Below are positions 38,273-47,287 of a stretch of 64,000 nt of DNA, piece by piece. The position numbers were made by a program, and so were the translations under genes. Below the pieces are notes generated by a model. The model ran no database searches, had not been told where the DNA came from, and worked only from the letters and a program-made list of their open reading frames with translations. The stretch comes from Spirochaetota bacterium (GTDB lineage: Bacteria > Spirochaetota > UBA4802 > JAFGDQ01). The stretch lies in NCBI GenBank assembly GCA_034190085.1, contig JAXHTS010000072.1:3010-67009 (forward strand). Direction: 5' to 3'. How positions within the stretch are numbered: the first letter of the stretch is position 1; each line of letters opens with the position of its first letter.

Positions 38273-39358
38273 TTAATATTTGAATATCGTCCTTTCAACA
38301 AACCTTTTATAAACAACGATTTTATCTATACCAAACCATTCTATCCATCTGCTTTTCATGAAATCATCTCTGTTAAATCGTCTTCTTGGCTCAGGTTTCA
38401 ATTGTTTTATCTCATTATTGATCTTCTCATTAAATCTATCTACTTCAGAATAATACTTTCTAGAAACCCCCTTTTTTATCTCTTCGAATTCATGTATACC
38501 ATCAAAGGGCAGATCGAGTATGCTAATATTATCATCATGCCAGCTTAATACCCTCTCCTTGATGAATTCTGATGGGACGTATCTAGCAACCCTCTTGCCT
38601 GGAATCAATTTATAACAATGACCTAACATAGAGTTATTAAAAACTTCAATCAATATTCTGTAGAGGTTTAAAACGCCAATATGGAATGCAAATAAGAATA
38701 ACCTCTCCCTTGGAATATCAAAAAAATCACACAATTGTTGAACATAATAAAACAATGTCTTATATATAAACTCGCCATATTGATCCGATATTCCCTTGGA
38801 GCCTCTCCTAATGTATTGAACTATTGCCTCATTTATTTCTCTTTTTATTATTACTGTTTGATTAATATCATGATAAAAATAAACGGATATTCCAAGATCC
38901 TTATAATCCTTACTTAACTTCCCCTTTTCAATTACTGCAATATAGGGTTCTCTAGTATTCCAGCTTCTAGTCCCCTTAATAATAAAACTTGTAGCTGGTC
39001 GCTCCTCCGATGATGATTTTTCGCCTTCAACAGATTCTAAAGAAGATAGCTTCCTCTCTCCTTTAGATATTTCATGAAGTTCATCACTATCTGCTAACTC
39101 TTTAACCGCCCTTTCATCCAAGGAAAGAGTCATATTTTCAGTATCTGTTGAAGTTGAATCCTCCTGTTGCGATGTATCATTATCCTTGTTCTCTATATCC
39201 TCACCTAAGAGTTCATCAACACTACCATCAGGTGTTAAAGCGATTTGAGAACCTGTCAATACGCTTCCGCCTTGAAGCATATCCTCTCCCTTATCCTCAA
39301 AGTCTGACTCACCTTCAATATCAGATAGAAGATCATCAATATCATCTTCAACATTCAT
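38273..39358 (-). CDS. Hypothetical protein: ~130-aa highly acidic, probably disordered N-terminus plus a ~230-aa basic/aromatic C-terminal domain
   Basis: 361-aa ORF with GAGGAAG 8 nt upstream of the ATG. It starts 23 nt after the ftsH stop on the same strand. I recognise no motif. The N-terminus is rich in D/E/S (MNVEDDIDDLLSDIEGESDFEDKGED...). Confidence 0.6.
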   Translation of the reverse strand: MNVEDDIDDLLSDIEGESDFEDKGEDMLQGGSVLTGSQIALTPDGSVDELLGEDIENKDNDTSQQEDSTSTDTENMTLSLDERAVKELADSDELHEISKGERKLSSLESVEGEKSSSEERPATSFIIKGTRSWNTREPYIAVIEKGKLSKDYKDLGISVYFYHDINQTVIIKREINEAIVQYIRRGSKGISDQYGEFIYKTLFYYVQQLCDFFDIPRERLFLFAFHIGVLNLYRILIEVFNNSMLGHCYKLIPGKRVARYVPSEFIKERVLSWHDDNISILDLPFDGIHEFEEIKKGVSRKYYSEVDRFNEKINNEIKQLKPEPRRRFNRDDFMKSRWIEWFGIDKIVVYKRFVERTIFKY

Positions 39359-39381
39359 GAAAAAACTTCCTCAATATAATA

Positions 39382-41289
39382 TTAAGATTCAACAGGTTGA
39401 AACACCTTTTTTTCACTTTCGTTCTTAGATCTATCGACCTTTTCATTCTTTTTAATCTTTGAGTTATCGATTTGAATTGGTGGGAGTTCTTCACCTCGAT
39501 TAATCATATCGATCTCTTCCCTGTTCAAACTCTCCCTCTCAATTAAATAATTTGCAATTTTATCAAACTTTTCCATATTAGTCATGATCAGATCTCTTGC
39601 TCTTTTTTTACATGTATCAATAATTATCTTGATCTCTTGATCTATTAGCTCCGCTGTGACCTCACTATAATCCCTATGCTGTGAGATCTCTCTACCTAAA
39701 AATATCTGCTCCCTTCTCTTTCCAAAGGATAATGTACCCAATTTATCACTCATACCCCATTCACAAACCATCTTTCTAGCAATATCCGTCGCCCTCTCAA
39801 TATCACTGCTTGATCCAGTTGTTATATCCTGCATCTTTATCTCTTCAGCTATGATCCCTCCATAGAGGATTGTAATTTGATTTAACCAATATTTTTGAGA
39901 TTGAAGATGCTTTTCATCTTTTGGAAGCTGCATTGTTAAACCTAAAGATCTTCCACGTGGAATAATTGTAACCTTATGAATAGGATCAGCCCCTGGCAAA
40001 ACCAACCCTAAGATCGCATGCCCTGTCTCGTGAAACGCAATTATCTTCTTTTCCTCTTCAGAAATCAGAACCGACTTTCTCTCAGGTCCCATAAGCACCT
40101 TGTCCTTTGCATCCTCTAACTCCAGCATTGACACACGCTTTTTATTCCTCCTTGCAGCGAGGAGGGCGCCCTCATTTATGAGATTCGATAGATCAGCACC
40201 TGTAAAACCGATTGTGCCCATGGCAAGTATCTTTAAATCAACATCCTTGAATAGCGGCACTTTCCTAGAATGTACAGCTAATATCTTTTCACGCCCCTTT
40301 AAGTCCGGAATATCAACAACTACTTGTCTGTCGAATCTCCCTGGGCGCATCAAAGCGGGGTCAAGTATATCAGGTCTGTTTGTGGCTGCTACAATAATAA
40401 CCCCCTCATTAGTCTCAAAACCATCCATCTCCACCAGCAACTGGTTTAGGGTCTGTTCCCTTTCGTCATGTCCACCACCCAATCCAGCGCCCCTCAGCCT
40501 TCCAACTGCATCTATTTCATCAATGAAAATTATGCATGGCGCGCTCTTTTTCCCCTGTTCAAAGAGGTCCCTCACCCGTGATGCTCCAACACCAACAAAC
40601 ATCTCAACAAAGTCCGAACCGCTTATGAAAAAGAATGGGACATCGGCCTCCCCGGCAATGGCTCTTGCAAGGAGCGTCTTCCCTGTGCCAGGTGGTCCCA
40701 TTAAAAGCACCCCTGTAGGGATCTTAGCACCAATATTGATAAATTTCTTGGGATCCTTTAAGAAATCGATAACCTCTTTCAACTCCTCCTTAGCCTCTTC
40801 AACACCTGCGACATCAGAAAAGGTTACTTTTTTCTTTGTATCAGGGTTTACCTTAGCTCTACTCTGACCAAAGGACATGGCACGATTGCCAGTAGCCTGA
40901 ATCTGTCTTACCAATAAAAACCATATTAGTCCCAAAAATAAAAGCCATGGTAAAAAATTCAGCAATCCCTTAACAAAGATATTATCATCATCCATCTCAC
41001 CCTTTATCTCAATCCGATGCTCTATTAGCGTTTTCATCAGATCTGCGTCATCATAGGGTATTATCGTCTTAAACAAATAGGCTCTATCACCTTTCAAATA
41101 AGTACCCTCAATCTTTTTGCCATCAATAATAGTAATAGATTTCACCTTTTCATCATACACCTTTTTAATGAAATCACTATATTGCAATGTATCGATACTT
41201 GTTTTAGAAATATTATTCATCCTATAAATCGCTATTGCTAGAATGACTACAACCAATATTAATGCTATCTGTTTCCCTGATTTATTCAT
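39382..41289 (-). CDS. ftsH: ATP-dependent zinc metalloprotease FtsH
   Basis: 635 aa. It has an N-terminal TM helix, a periplasmic loop and a second TM helix. AAA+ motifs are Walker A GPPGTGKT and Walker [10 protein letters not shown], with the [21 protein letters not shown]. The zinc site is HETGHA. Confidence 0.97.
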   Translation of the reverse strand: MNKSGKQIALILVVVILAIAIYRMNNISKTSIDTLQYSDFIKKVYDEKVKSITIIDGKKIEGTYLKGDRAYLFKTIIPYDDADLMKTLIEHRIEIKGEMDDDNIFVKGLLNFLPWLLFLGLIWFLLVRQIQATGNRAMSFGQSRAKVNPDTKKKVTFSDVAGVEEAKEELKEVIDFLKDPKKFINIGAKIPTGVLLMGPPGTGKTLLARAIAGEADVPFFFISGSDFVEMFVGVGASRVRDLFEQGKKSAPCIIFIDEIDAVGRLRGAGLGGGHDEREQTLNQLLVEMDGFETNEGVIIVAATNRPDILDPALMRPGRFDRQVVVDIPDLKGREKILAVHSRKVPLFKDVDLKILAMGTIGFTGADLSNLINEGALLAARRNKKRVSMLELEDAKDKVLMGPERKSVLISEEEKKIIAFHETGHAILGLVLPGADPIHKVTIIPRGRSLGLTMQLPKDEKHLQSQKYWLNQITILYGGIIAEEIKMQDITTGSSSDIERATDIARKMVCEWGMSDKLGTLSFGKRREQIFLGREISQHRDYSEVTAELIDQEIKIIIDTCKKRARDLIMTNMEKFDKIANYLIERESLNREEIDMINRGEELPPIQIDNSKIKKNEKVDRSKNESEKKVFQPVES

Positions 41290-41534
41290 CCATTACTCCT
41301 ATGTATGCTATAATACTTGTATCTTTAGAATTGATTAGAAGTTAGTTATTATGACAATAGGCAAGAGGTATCCAATCACTTCTCAACCTATAGAGAATCT
41401 CCGAAACAACCCATTTCAGCTTTTTATTCGGTAGGTTTTCCAGAACTGAACCTTCATTTGCTGGACAATGATGATGTCTTATGACAAATTTGATATGATG
41501 TTCACTGAAAAGCAACGAAAATTTTACCCTATCC

Positions 41535-42968
41535 TTATTTATAGTTCCCTATCTTCTGTATAGCAAGTATTTTTTTAGAATTATGCCTAATCCAAAAATC
41601 AACAGAAACCCTGTTTGGAACATTGTCAACGATCCCAGACATATATGCGGCAATCCTTGAATTAACAACTAAAAGGGGAAGAATAGCCTTGGAATAACTG
41701 TCAAGTTTATTCTCAATCATCAAATCCTTAATCTTTTTAGTGCCCTGCTCTAATCTGATTCTATCTCCCCTGCGCCTATTCCTGATAATAACATAATCAT
41801 TAATATCATTCAATGTAATGAACATTTTGTTATTTCTATTAAAATTCTTTAGAAAATAATCATAATTTACATATTTAACAAGGATCGCTACATCTATCTC
41901 TTTAATATATAATCGTTCTTTCATATTATCATATAAATCAATTCTGTATTCCCATGGATCAACAGCAGAATCAAAATCACTATTTATAGAAATAAGAATT
42001 TCATTCCTGTGGTTACGAAAAGTTTTCTTTACTAGTATGCTTCTGTTTTCATAGAGAACCATGTTGCTTCTCTTAACGCAAGCCCTCCTGTATATTTCCT
42101 CCATCATACCCCAATGAACGTATTCATTAAGATAATCTCTAATTGCCGTTGAAATGACATATTTCAACAATCTCTTATCATCAATATATCTATCCATGTC
42201 AATATATATACAGTTCCCCCTCTCTTCGTAAAGGATGCCATATTTCTCATATATTAGATCATCAATCAATGATGTATACTCCTTTGATATCTCGCTAAGA
42301 TGGTTAATAGCCCTTGGCGCACCCCTAAACCTATCACTTATCTGTGGAAGAAGAGTATTACGGATTTGATTTCTGCAATAGGTATTATCAATGTTCGACG
42401 AATCTTCCCTCCATGCAAGACCCTCATCCCTCAGATGACGGTATATTTCTTCAGGTGTGAGGAAAAGAATAGGCCTTATAATATTGCCCCTTTTAACACT
42501 GATCCCAGCAAGTCCATGTATTCCTGTTCCCTTAAAGATTCTCATAACAATTGTTTCGATGTTATCATTTCTATTATGTGCGGTGGCTATCTTTTGGAAT
42601 CCACGCTTAGAGCATATCAAATCAGCTATCTCATACCTCTTTTCCCTGGCAATGCCTTCAAATGAAGCCCCTCCTAATATTTCACTTGAAAAGTTACACC
42701 TCTCAATAAATATCTCCAATGCCTTCTCTTCCGCTATCCTCAATAGAAATCTCTCATCCTCATCAGATTCCTCCCCTCTCATTAGATGGTTCAGATGGAA
42801 TATGGCTATCTCTAAATATAGATCATCCCTCAAATATAGCATACAGTCGAGAAGAGCCATAGAGTCCTTTCCAGCAGAGAGGGAAAGTAGAATTCGATCA
42901 CCCTTATTCAATAGGTTATTTCTATCAATAAAATCTCTTACGCTATGATATATGCTGTTGCTATCCAT
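41535..42968 (-). CDS. tilS: tRNA(Ile)-lysidine synthase TilS
   Basis: 477 aa. It has the N-type ATP-pyrophosphatase PP-loop SAGKDSMAL, followed by ATAHNRNDNIETIVMRIFKGTG. A C-terminal substrate-binding extension is present. It lies immediately upstream of ftsH, a widely conserved pairing. Confidence 0.9.
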   Translation of the reverse strand: MDSNSIYHSVRDFIDRNNLLNKGDRILLSLSAGKDSMALLDCMLYLRDDLYLEIAIFHLNHLMRGEESDEDERFLLRIAEEKALEIFIERCNFSSEILGGASFEGIAREKRYEIADLICSKRGFQKIATAHNRNDNIETIVMRIFKGTGIHGLAGISVKRGNIIRPILFLTPEEIYRHLRDEGLAWREDSSNIDNTYCRNQIRNTLLPQISDRFRGAPRAINHLSEISKEYTSLIDDLIYEKYGILYEERGNCIYIDMDRYIDDKRLLKYVISTAIRDYLNEYVHWGMMEEIYRRACVKRSNMVLYENRSILVKKTFRNHRNEILISINSDFDSAVDPWEYRIDLYDNMKERLYIKEIDVAILVKYVNYDYFLKNFNRNNKMFITLNDINDYVIIRNRRRGDRIRLEQGTKKIKDLMIENKLDSYSKAILPLLVVNSRIAAYMSGIVDNVPNRVSVDFWIRHNSKKILAIQKIGNYK

Positions 42969-43343
42969 ACTAACAACCTATCTAAACTATTAGTAATATG
43001 CAATTACAATCCACTAAATATTATTACATCTAATAAGAAAGCCCTATGATTGCAAGTACTCTTCGCGCTGTGCCATCGCGTTACGGATTACCACTCCTTG
43101 CTCAATCCCTAGGTAATAGTATTCATGAAATATCCCTCTGAGCTATTTTTCTCAATTTTTTGTTGTTTTTTACATTGCTTTTCTATACTCTTTTTCTATA
43201 ATTTCCTTAGATTATATAAATTGATCTAACCTCACAAGAGGTAATCGCCAGACACCTTTGCCTCTAATTAAGAACTCACAACATCCTTACTGGATTAGAC
43301 AAGCTGGTCGTTAAATTATTTCAATTCTCAGGAGGACCCTGCA

Positions 43344-45059
43344 ATGCCAAAGAAAAGCATTTATAAATCTAAAACATGGGCAAAACACTATTCAAAGAAT
43401 GTCGCTTTGACATATGATTATGAGAAGAAGACTCTTATAGACTATTTAGAGGAAATGACAAATAGACATCCTGATTCAACCGCCCTGATATTCCAAGGCT
43501 ATAAATTGAGCTTTAAAGAATTCAGGGATATGGTGGATAGGTTAGCAACAGCTTTTGCTGACTGGGGAATCAAAAAAGACGATAAGGTCGCAATTCTCTT
43601 GCCCAATACGATACAGTGTGTTGTGGCATATTATGCTGGCCTTAAGGCTGGGGCTGTTATTGTTATGAATAACCCATTATACAGCGATAGGGAACTTGAA
43701 CACCAGCTTAATGATTCGAAATCTCAAATACTTGTCTGTATTGATCTTCTTGCAAACAGAATGATCGATTTAAGACCCAAAACAAAGGTGAAACAGATTG
43801 TGACATGCAGCATAGGCGATTATCTACCATTTCCAAAGGACATTCTCTTCCCGCTTGTTGCAAAGAGAAAGGGTTTAAAAGCAGATGTAAAGGAAGCGCA
43901 AAGTGTTTTTCCCTTTAAAGAGATTATTAAAAAATATTCTCCAAATCCTCCAAGGATTGATTTGAGCTTCGATGATATTGCGATGCTACAGTATACAGGT
44001 GGGACAACAGGGGTATCCAAGGGTGTGATGTTGTCTCACGCTAACATCAGCATAAACGCCCAGCAATGTAGAAAATGGTTTTCTGAATTTATCGAAGGGG
44101 AAGAGAGGGGAATAGCCGCCCTACCATATTTTCATGTTTTTGGCCTTACCACAGTTATGAATCTCTCAATAATGAATGGTTGGACACAAATTCTAATTCC
44201 TAGACCAGAACCGCAGACCCTGCTTGAGTCAATTTCAAAATATAAACCTACCTTTGCTCCGCTTGTGCCGACCATGTTTATTGGAATGCTAAACCATTCT
44301 GATTTATCAAAATACGACCTAAGCTCACTCAAGGGATGTTTCTCTGGGAGCGCCCCCCTTCCATTAGAGATAAAGAAAAAATTTGAAGAGATTACCAATA
44401 TGCAAATTGTTGAGGGTTTTGGGCTGACAGAGTCCAGCCCTGTCACACATTGTAATCCCTTTGGAGAGGGTACTCTTGAGAAGGAGGAGAGTATTGGTAT
44501 CCCATTTCCGGATACAGAATCTAAAATAGTGGACATTGACAATGGCAAGGAGGAAATGCCTGTTAATGAACAGGGCGAACTTATAATCAAGGGCCCTCAA
44601 GTCATGAAGGGATACTGGAACAAACCTGAAGAAACAAAAAATACACTTCGCAAAGGCTGGCTCTATACTGGCGATATTGCAAAAATGGATGAGGATGGCT
44701 ATTTCTACATAGTTGACAGGAAAAAAGATATGATTATAGCCAGCGGATATAACATCTATCCAAGGGATATTGATGAAGTGCTTTTTAGACATCCAAAGGT
44801 ACAGGAAGCCTGCACAATAGGCATTCCAGATAAATACAGGGGAGAGACAGTAAAGGTTTTTATAGTATTAAAGGAAGGGAAAACTGCTTCTGAGGAGGAG
44901 ATTCTTAAATACTGCAAGGAGAACCTTGCTAGGTACAAAGTGCCAAAATTTGTTGAATTCAGGGATGAACTCCCCAAAAGTACGATAGGCAAAATACTAA
45001 GGAAGGAATTGAGGAAAGAGGAGTTGGAAAAATCCAAACCAAAGAAGGGAAAAAAATGA
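43344..45059 (+). CDS. fadD: Long-chain fatty acid-CoA ligase (FadD-like)
   Basis: 571 aa. Motifs are LQYTGGTTGVSKGVMLSH (AMP-binding), GFGLTESSP, YTGDIA, DRKKDMIIASGYNIYPRDIDE and a C-terminal GKILRKEL. AGGAGG lies upstream of the ATG. Confidence 0.85.
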   Translation: MPKKSIYKSKTWAKHYSKNVALTYDYEKKTLIDYLEEMTNRHPDSTALIFQGYKLSFKEFRDMVDRLATAFADWGIKKDDKVAILLPNTIQCVVAYYAGLKAGAVIVMNNPLYSDRELEHQLNDSKSQILVCIDLLANRMIDLRPKTKVKQIVTCSIGDYLPFPKDILFPLVAKRKGLKADVKEAQSVFPFKEIIKKYSPNPPRIDLSFDDIAMLQYTGGTTGVSKGVMLSHANISINAQQCRKWFSEFIEGEERGIAALPYFHVFGLTTVMNLSIMNGWTQILIPRPEPQTLLESISKYKPTFAPLVPTMFIGMLNHSDLSKYDLSSLKGCFSGSAPLPLEIKKKFEEITNMQIVEGFGLTESSPVTHCNPFGEGTLEKEESIGIPFPDTESKIVDIDNGKEEMPVNEQGELIIKGPQVMKGYWNKPEETKNTLRKGWLYTGDIAKMDEDGYFYIVDRKKDMIIASGYNIYPRDIDEVLFRHPKVQEACTIGIPDKYRGETVKVFIVLKEGKTASEEEILKYCKENLARYKVPKFVEFRDELPKSTIGKILRKELRKEELEKSKPKKGKK

Positions 45060-46810
45060 TGAATGATATAATTAACAGGCGTATAGGGGAATGGACAAAT
45101 CCACCATACGATACTAATACGATTGAGGAAATAGATGAGCTATTGAGACAGAAAGATGAGAAGGAACTGTCTGACAGGTTTTATAAAATACTTGAATTCG
45201 GCACAGGGGGGCTTCGTGGTATTATCGGCGCTGGCACAAACAGGATGAATATCTATACTGTAGGAATTGCTACCCAGGGCCTGGCAAATTACATATTACA
45301 TAAAGGAGGAAGGGATAAGGGTGTTGTAATAGCCTATGACTCAAGAAGGATGTCAGACACCTTTTCTAGAGAGACAGCTGCGATATTGGCAGCGAACGGT
45401 ATTAAGGTGTACATCTTTGATGAGATCACTCCGACACCCCTATGCTCCTTTGCCATAAGAGAGCTTAGCGCTATATCGGGCATTGTAATAACTGCCAGCC
45501 ATAATCCTCCTGAATATAATGGATATAAGGTATACTGGGAGGATGGTGGACAAGTGATTTCCCCCTTTGATAATGAAATAATCGAAGAAGTAAAGAAGAT
45601 TGACTCTATTACCATGATAAAAAAAATAGACTATAATTCAGGGATGGAATCAGGGATAATAAAAACTATTGGCGACGAGATAAGGAAGTCCTACATTGCA
45701 AAACTTGAAAAAGTAGCTCATAGGCCAAAAGCTGAATCTAATATTAAGATTGTCTATACACCTCTTCATGGATCCGGATATAAGATAATCCCTAAGGTCC
45801 TATCTCATTTCGGTTTCAACAATCTATCACTTGTTGAAGCGCAGGCAAAGCCTGATGGGGATTTCCCTACTGTGCGATACCCTAATCCAGAAGAGAAGGA
45901 GGCTCTTCAACTTTCCCTAGAACTTGCCCAAAGAATTGATGCAGACATAATATTGGCTACTGATCCGGATGCTGATAGAATGGGCATTGGATTTAAGGAT
46001 AAAGATGGGAATTACCAATTGATAAATGGCAATCAAATCGGCACGATGTTGGAGTATTATCTGCTAACCAGATTGAAGATTGAGAACAAGCTACCAACTA
46101 ACGGATCTATCGTTAAAACAATAGTTACAACAGACCTGCAGAAAGATATTGCGGAGGATTTCAACTGCTCATTAGATAACGTTCTAACAGGTTTCAAATG
46201 GATTGCTATGAAGATAAAACAATATGATGATGAGGGGAATCGCAGGTTTATTTTTGGTGGAGAGGAGAGTTATGGGTATCTTCCCGTGGATTTTGTAAGG
46301 GATAAGGATGGAATAAGCGCCTGCTACTTCTTCTCTGAGATGACGGATTGGCTCTTAGAGAGGAAGAGCAATCTGAATGATTTTCTAAACGAAATATACA
46401 CGACATATAGATTATACCTCGAAGACCTTCACTCCCTCACCCTTAAGGGGATGGAAGGGACTGAACGAATTAAAATCATCATGAAGACCTTTCGAGGCTC
46501 TCCCCCATCAGCCTTTGGAGGGGTTGAGGTGGCAAGAATAGCTGATATACAGAATCTCCAGATCAAAAATCTGAAATCAGGAAAGATGGAACCGATAGAA
46601 GGACTTCCAAAATCAAATGTGCTTCAGTTCTTTCTAAAAGATGGATCAAAGATCACGATGCGGCCATCAGGCACAGAACCAAAAATCAAATTCTATTTCA
46701 GCGTTAGTGAAAAGGTGGACAAGGAAAACATTGAGCTGATGAAAGAGGAGCTCAGGAAGAGGATTGAACTTGTCAAGAAGAGCCTCATTGAAGAAGTGAA
46801 GCAGGTATGA
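45056..46810 (+). CDS. Phosphoglucomutase/phosphomannomutase family protein (PgcA-like)
   Basis: 584 aa. It carries the active-site phosphoserine loop TASHNPPEYNGYK, the metal loop ATDPDADR, the sugar loop GGEESYG and the phosphate-binding RPSGTEP. The ATGA start overlaps the fadD-like stop by 4 nt. Confidence 0.9.
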   Translation: MMNDIINRRIGEWTNPPYDTNTIEEIDELLRQKDEKELSDRFYKILEFGTGGLRGIIGAGTNRMNIYTVGIATQGLANYILHKGGRDKGVVIAYDSRRMSDTFSRETAAILAANGIKVYIFDEITPTPLCSFAIRELSAISGIVITASHNPPEYNGYKVYWEDGGQVISPFDNEIIEEVKKIDSITMIKKIDYNSGMESGIIKTIGDEIRKSYIAKLEKVAHRPKAESNIKIVYTPLHGSGYKIIPKVLSHFGFNNLSLVEAQAKPDGDFPTVRYPNPEEKEALQLSLELAQRIDADIILATDPDADRMGIGFKDKDGNYQLINGNQIGTMLEYYLLTRLKIENKLPTNGSIVKTIVTTDLQKDIAEDFNCSLDNVLTGFKWIAMKIKQYDDEGNRRFIFGGEESYGYLPVDFVRDKDGISACYFFSEMTDWLLERKSNLNDFLNEIYTTYRLYLEDLHSLTLKGMEGTERIKIIMKTFRGSPPSAFGGVEVARIADIQNLQIKNLKSGKMEPIEGLPKSNVLQFFLKDGSKITMRPSGTEPKIKFYFSVSEKVDKENIELMKEELRKRIELVKKSLIEEVKQV

Positions 46811-46837
46811 TACTATTTAAAAATTGAACCTGAAATC

Positions 46838-47287
46838 TCAAATAATATCCAAAATTGCCTCTTCCCTTTCCCTCATCTTTCTTTCATCTTCCTTGGATGT
46901 TTCATGATCATATCCAACTAAGTGCAAAATCCCGTGTACAAGCAATCTCTTTAATTCATCCTCAAGGTTGACATTATACTCCTCTGCTTGCTGTTCTGCC
47001 ATCTCAAGGGATAAGAATATATCTCCAATATATCTATCCTTCAAACCAATCTCAGGGAAGGGAGGGTCATTATAAACGAATGTTATTACATCGGTTGGTT
47101 TATCTTCATTTCTATATTCACTATTGATACCCTGGATATAATTATTATCAGTAATAATCAATGTTAGATCTATATTTGAAATATTCAATTCTTTGCATAT
47201 TCTCTTTAAAATATACTTAACATCCCTCTCTTTTAATTTATTTGCTAAAAGAGATACCTTCCCCTCTTGAAAAATCTCAACCCTCAT
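46838..47287 (-). CDS. ybeY: rRNA maturation endoribonuclease YbeY
   Basis: 149 aa with the diagnostic zinc motif HGILHLVGYDHE. It overlaps the preceding pgpH-like gene by 11 nt. Confidence 0.93.
   Translation of the reverse strand: MRVEIFQEGKVSLLANKLKERDVKYILKRICKELNISNIDLTLIITDNNYIQGINSEYRNEDKPTDVITFVYNDPPFPEIGLKDRYIGDIFLSLEMAEQQAEEYNVNLEDELKRLLVHGILHLVGYDHETSKEDERKMREREEAILDII

Noticed and set aside
40100-40867. 255-aa ORF on the plus strand, antisense to ftsH
   Set aside because: It lies entirely inside the FtsH AAA+ coding region, whose Walker A/B, SRH and HExxH motifs are intact on the minus strand. Its translation is a low-complexity Ser/Pro/Ala-rich string typical of a shadow frame, and it has no RBS or recognisable motif.
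41290-41534. Absence of hpt between tilS and ftsH; the 245-nt gap was checked for a missed gene
   Set aside because: No ORF of meaningful length lies on either strand. The tilS-ftsH pairing without hpt is a plausible lineage variation and not informative by itself.
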